DNA from: an uncultured Actinomycetota bacterium
GTDB taxonomy: Bacteria; Actinomycetota; Actinomycetes; JAFAQI01
Reading direction: 5' to 3'
Length of the DNA stretch: 64,000 nt
NCBI GenBank assembly: GCA_963789615.1
Contig: CAWBLI010000005.1
Location: 1,454,309-1,518,308, forward strand
Shown here: in pieces, positions 60,397-64,000 of the stretch
Layout of the letters: each line of letters opens with the position of its first letter
Position numbering within the stretch: position 1 is the first letter of the stretch
The notes under the pieces: model-generated
What the model was told of the DNA's origin: nothing
Seen by the model: the letters and a program-made list of their open reading frames with translations, nothing else
Database searches by the model: none
Position numbers and translations under genes: made by a program

Positions 60397-61686
60397 TTAG
60401 CGGCGGGTGAGGTCGGCGAGCGCCCCGAAGGCGCGGCCGACCCGCGGCTGGTCTCGCAACACGGGTACGGCGAATGGCCGCTGCTGGCCGTCTCCGGTCA
60501 CGGCCGGTGCACCGAACTCCGAACGTGCCGCGGCCCGCGACCCCGACCCGGCACGAGCGGCATGCGGCACCGAGCCGGCGGCGACGGCGCGGGCGTAGAG
60601 ATCCGCCTGCCGGGCAGCCACGACATCCCACTGCTTGTCCCGGGCGGCGGCGATGCCGCGCTGCCGCAACGCCTCCCACTCGACCGGGTCCTGGCCGAGC
60701 CGAGCGACGGCGCGCGCCAGCCCCACCCGGTCGCCCTCCGCCGAGAGCCAGGCGCCACCGGCCGCCACCTCGGGGATGGTCCCGCTGGCATATCCGGCGA
60801 CGGCCGCGCCGCACGCCTGCGCCTCGACGACGCCGCGCCCGAACTGCTCCACCCAGCGGCTGGTCGCCTGGCTCGGTACGACGACGACGTGGCTGCCGCG
60901 GTAGATCTCGGCCAGCGAGCTCTCGTCGGCCCACGGCAGCAGGTCGACGTGGCCGGTCACCCCCCACTTCGACGCGAGCTCGGGGATCCGCGCCGCCTCC
61001 GGGCCGGACCCGACCACCACCAGCCGGGCGTCGCGGTGCCGGCGTACCTCGGCCAGGACCTCGACCGCGTCGGCGACGCCCTTCTCCGGCACCAGCCGCC
61101 CGGCGAGCGCCAGCCGGAACAACTCGTCGGCGTGCTGCTGGTGACCCGGCGAGAACACGCCCGGGTCGTGACCGAGCGGCAACACCTCGATCAGCCCGGC
61201 GTAGCCACGACCGCGGACCACCGACGCGGCCTGCCGCGAGCAGGGCGCGATCGCGCTCAACCGTCCGAACGCCTGCCGCTCCCACGAGGTGTACGGCGGC
61301 GGGTAGCGCTTGTCGAGGTTCTGCGCCGTGTAACCGACCGCCGGCGTCCCGACTGGCAGCGCCGCGAGGACCTGATGCGTGACCGCGCTGAACGGTTCCT
61401 CGTGCAGGTCCACCAGATCCGGAGCCACCCGGCGGATCACAGCGACCAGCGCGGCTGGATCGGCGTACCGATGGCGGTTGACGTCACCAGCGCGGCTCAC
61501 CGGCAGTGAGACGACCTCGAACGGCTCATCGGAGAGCGTCGACTCGGAGCCGGACTCCGGCCACGACGACGGGACCACGAGCACGACGTCGACGCCGGCA
61601 GCGACCAGCGCGCGTTCCCGCGCGCGGTGCGACCGGTCGCGTCCGGCGTGGTAGATCCGCAGGACGCGCAGCCGCTGCTCACCCAC
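60397..61686 (-). CDS. GT4 family glycosyltransferase
   Basis: ...VVVGSGPEAARI... GT4 fold with C-terminal ...VVPSQATSRWVEQFGRGVVEAQACGAAVAGYASGTIPEV. Confidence 0.75.
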   Translation of the reverse strand: MGEQRLRVLRIYHAGRDRSHRARERALVAAGVDVVLVVPSSWPESGSESTLSDEPFEVVSLPVSRAGDVNRHRYADPAALVAVIRRVAPDLVDLHEEPFSAVTHQVLAALPVGTPAVGYTAQNLDKRYPPPYTSWERQAFGRLSAIAPCSRQAASVVRGRGYAGLIEVLPLGHDPGVFSPGHQQHADELFRLALAGRLVPEKGVADAVEVLAEVRRHRDARLVVVGSGPEAARIPELASKWGVTGHVDLLPWADESSLAEIYRGSHVVVVPSQATSRWVEQFGRGVVEAQACGAAVAGYASGTIPEVAAGGAWLSAEGDRVGLARAVARLGQDPVEWEALRQRGIAAARDKQWDVVAARQADLYARAVAAGSVPHAARAGSGSRAAARSEFGAPAVTGDGQQRPFAVPVLRDQPRVGRAFGALADLTRR

Positions 61687-62368
61687 CCGAGCACGCTACC
61701 GATCGGTCGGGGTCAGGATCCGGTCCGCACCGCGGCGAGGAGGACGAGGACGAGGACGACGCATCGTCGAGCCGCAGCGCCGGGATCGTGACGTGCGTGA
61801 TCGGGCCGATGGCGACCGCGTAGAGCACCGTGCCCACGCCGACGGTCCCGCCCAGCAACCAGCCGGTGACCAGCACGCAGGCCTCGATCACGGTGCGGAC
61901 CACCCGCACCGAATGTCCGCGCGCCGCGATGCCCGTGGTGAGGCCGTCGCGCGGGCCAGGGCCGAGCCCGGCTCCGATATAGGCGCCGGTCGCGATCCCG
62001 TTGAGTCCGACAGCTCCCACCAGTACGACGATCCGCCACCACAGCGCGTGCGGCGTCGGCACGTAGTCAAGCGTGGCGTTGATGACCACGCCGACGACCG
62101 CCACATTGCAGACGGTGCCCAGGCCGGGCCGCTGCCGCAGCGGGATCCAGCCGAGCAGGACGACAGCGCCCACGAGGATCGCCCAGGTTCCGACCTGCAG
62201 CCCGAAAGTGCGCGACAACCCCTGCTGCAGCACGTCCCACGGGTCGACCCCGAGCCCAGCCAGCAGCAGCAAGCCGTCGCTGAACCCGTACAGCGCAAGG
62301 CCCGCGAACAGCAGCGCGACCCGGGCGGGTCGGCGCGAGGCGGGGACCGGCGCGAGCAGCAACACCAC
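61679..62368 (-). CDS. YczE/YitT-like integral membrane protein
   Basis: LLFAGLALYGFSDGLLLLAGLGVDPWDVLQQGLSRTFGLQVGTW is the YczE family N-terminus. About 6 TM helices. Poly-Ser C-terminal tail. Confidence 0.55.
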   Translation of the reverse strand: MVLLLAPVPASRRPARVALLFAGLALYGFSDGLLLLAGLGVDPWDVLQQGLSRTFGLQVGTWAILVGAVVLLGWIPLRQRPGLGTVCNVAVVGVVINATLDYVPTPHALWWRIVVLVGAVGLNGIATGAYIGAGLGPGPRDGLTTGIAARGHSVRVVRTVIEACVLVTGWLLGGTVGVGTVLYAVAIGPITHVTIPALRLDDASSSSSSSSPRCGPDPDPDRSVACSGG

Positions 62369-62421
62369 GCCACGGTGTCACGTCGGCGCGATCCGCCGGT
62401 CTCGCCGCCCGGCGTGATGTA

Positions 62422-63390
62422 TTGGCAGGCGCCATGCTCACCGACGTCCTCGCCGACTCGACCGCCGCGCCCGACGACCTGGCGCGCGACGGTGTCGCGC
62501 TGCTTGCCGCGCATTTGCTGGTCGGGCGGCTGGACGAGCGGCAGCGTCGGACCCTGATCGAAGCGGCGATGCCGTGGACCCTCGCGACGATGACCTCGGA
62601 GATCGCCGCCCGCGACGCCAGCGCCACCCTCAGCGAAGCCGGCATCGACCACGCGGTCATCAAGGGGCCGATCCTCGCGGCGGCCTGGCGCGAGACGTTC
62701 GGCAGCGACGTCCGGACCTACACCGACGTCGACATCCTGGTACGCCGGTCCGACGTACCCGCGGTCACCCAGCGACTGGTTTCTGAGCTCGGCGCGACCG
62801 AGTCGGTGAGGTCGGTCGGCGAGATCGGCTTCGGGCTGCCCAGCGGCGCCGCCATCGACCTGCACTGGCTCCTCATCAACGACGAGGGCGTGGTCGCACG
62901 GCACCGGCTCGACACCGACGACCTGCTGCGCCGGGTCCGCACCGACGGTCCGCTACGCCAGCTCGACCCGGTCGACTCGGTGATCCACGTCAGCCTGCAC
63001 GCCGTCATCAGCGACGGCAGCCGGCTGGCGGCGGCCATCGACCTCGCCGCGCTGCTGCGCACCGGCGACATCGATCTGGACCTGCTGGTACGACGGGCCC
63101 ACCACCACCGCGCGGTACTGCCGCTGGCCGTCATGACCGACCGCGCCGCCGCCGTGACCGGCTTCGCCGAGGCGGTCGAGCTGGCCCGCCGGCTGCCCAG
63201 CTCGCCGTGGCGCACCGCCTGCCGGCGCTTTGCCGGGTCGGTGCGGCCGGCGAGCGGCCGACGCTGGACCGGCGGGGAGATGATCCGCGCGACCCGGTAC
63301 AGCACGCTGAGCTCGGTCGCCGCGGTGGTTGCCGCGCTGCCCACCAACGTGCGGACCCAGCGCGAGCTGCGTCGCGGGGCACTTCGGTGA
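62422..63390 (+). CDS. uncharacterised nucleotidyltransferase family protein (PF14907-like)
   Basis: ...HAVIKGPILAAAWRETFGSDVRTYTDVDILVRRSD ... DLHWLL matches the lasso-cluster-associated 'nucleotidyltransferase' family. hG[GS]-x9-13-Dh[DE]h pattern is present as KGP...DVDIL. Confidence 0.55.
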   Translation: MAGAMLTDVLADSTAAPDDLARDGVALLAAHLLVGRLDERQRRTLIEAAMPWTLATMTSEIAARDASATLSEAGIDHAVIKGPILAAAWRETFGSDVRTYTDVDILVRRSDVPAVTQRLVSELGATESVRSVGEIGFGLPSGAAIDLHWLLINDEGVVARHRLDTDDLLRRVRTDGPLRQLDPVDSVIHVSLHAVISDGSRLAAAIDLAALLRTGDIDLDLLVRRAHHHRAVLPLAVMTDRAAAVTGFAEAVELARRLPSSPWRTACRRFAGSVRPASGRRWTGGEMIRATRYSTLSSVAAVVAALPTNVRTQRELRRGALR

Positions 63391-64000
63391 CTCCGCCTCG
63401 GGTCGCGCTGGTGTCGCTGGAGCCCTGGGACCTGGTGTGGCGGCGCAACCAGCATCTGGTCGCCGAGCTGCTCGCGCAGCGGCTGGTCGCCTCGGTGGTG
63501 TTCATCGAGCCGCCGGCGGCGGGCCGACCGGCACCGGCGCGGTCCCCGCTGCCCGGGGTCACCGTGATCCGGCCGGTGCTGCCGGTCCCCCGTCGTACCG
63601 GTGGGCTCTCGGTGGTCGCTACCTGGCTGCGACGGCGGTGGCTGCGTGACGTCGACGTGCTGTGGGTCAACGACCCGGTGCTCGGCGCGCGGTGCTCCGA
63701 GGGCAGCCGAGCCCGGGTCGTGTACGACGTGACCGACGACTGGCGGTTCTCCGAGCAGCCGGCCCGACTCACCCGACGGCTCGTCGCCGCCGAGGACCGG
63801 CTCGCCGCGACCGCGGTGACCGTGGTCTGCAGCGACGTCCTCGCCGAGCGCTGGTCGCAGCGCTACGGCGTCGCCGCGGCCGTGGTCCACAACGCGGCCA
63901 CGCAACCGTCGTACGCCGCGGTCGCGCCGAGGCAGCTGCCGGGGAACGGCCTGCATGTCGGGTACGTCGGCACGCTGCACGAGGACCGGCTCGACATCGA
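63387..64000 (+). CDS. glycosyltransferase (GT4-like), 5' partial, continues beyond window end
   Basis: VTPPRVALVSLEPWDLVWRRNQHLVAELL...VVCSDVLAERW...HVGYVGTLHEDRLDI. Start overlaps the upstream stop (GTGA). Confidence 0.55.
   Translation, partial: MTPPRVALVSLEPWDLVWRRNQHLVAELLAQRLVASVVFIEPPAAGRPAPARSPLPGVTVIRPVLPVPRRTGGLSVVATWLRRRWLRDVDVLWVNDPVLGARCSEGSRARVVYDVTDDWRFSEQPARLTRRLVAAEDRLAATAVTVVCSDVLAERWSQRYGVAAAVVHNAATQPSYAAVAPRQLPGNGLHVGYVGTLHEDRLDI

Overview
This 64 kb window is a high-GC (about 70%+) chromosomal segment from an actinobacterium. MshA, a mycothiol-dependent MDMPI enzyme, DUF3027, DUF3263, an HbhA-like protein, an RsiG homolog and a deazaflavin (F420)-type nitroreductase point to Actinomycetota, possibly a Nocardioides/Propionibacteriales-like organism. 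The window is densely packed with about 65 protein genes and one tRNA-Thr. No rRNA, CRISPR, transposase or phage genes were seen.

Positions 1-50 kb are mostly housekeeping and cell-envelope genes: groEL2 with tandem CIRCE sites, gdh, cysS, rlmB, a Bacillus-SigH-like sigma factor, ispF, carD, mshA, gpmA, aqpZ, thrC with a downstream MoaD/ThiS-like gene, ygfZ and a PAS/GAF histidine kinase.

Positions 49-64 kb form a surface-glycan cluster: rmlABCD, an ECF sigma factor and putative anti-sigma, a WbaP-like priming transferase, several glycosyltransferases, a PAP2 phosphatase and YczE. An HprK-related kinase and a PF14907 nucleotidyltransferase flank two paralogous proteins in which a PqqD/RRE-like domain sits N-terminal to a conserved RRRLLQRG Tat/TM segment and a secreted Gly- or Thr-rich domain. 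This is the most unusual content of the window.

At least 11 genes are broken by single-base indels, almost always in G/C homopolymer runs (thrC, moaD-like, gpmA, FAD oxidase, SDR, MDMPI, alaX-like, rsiG-like, lipoprotein, the DUF4388 giant and possibly PAP2). This looks like assembly error rather than decay.

Three dispersed families of intergenic hairpin repeats sit at gene 3' ends. A roughly 1.2 kb 27-bp tandem repeat encodes (ARLEAEAEA)n inside a roughly 1000-aa DUF4388 protein.
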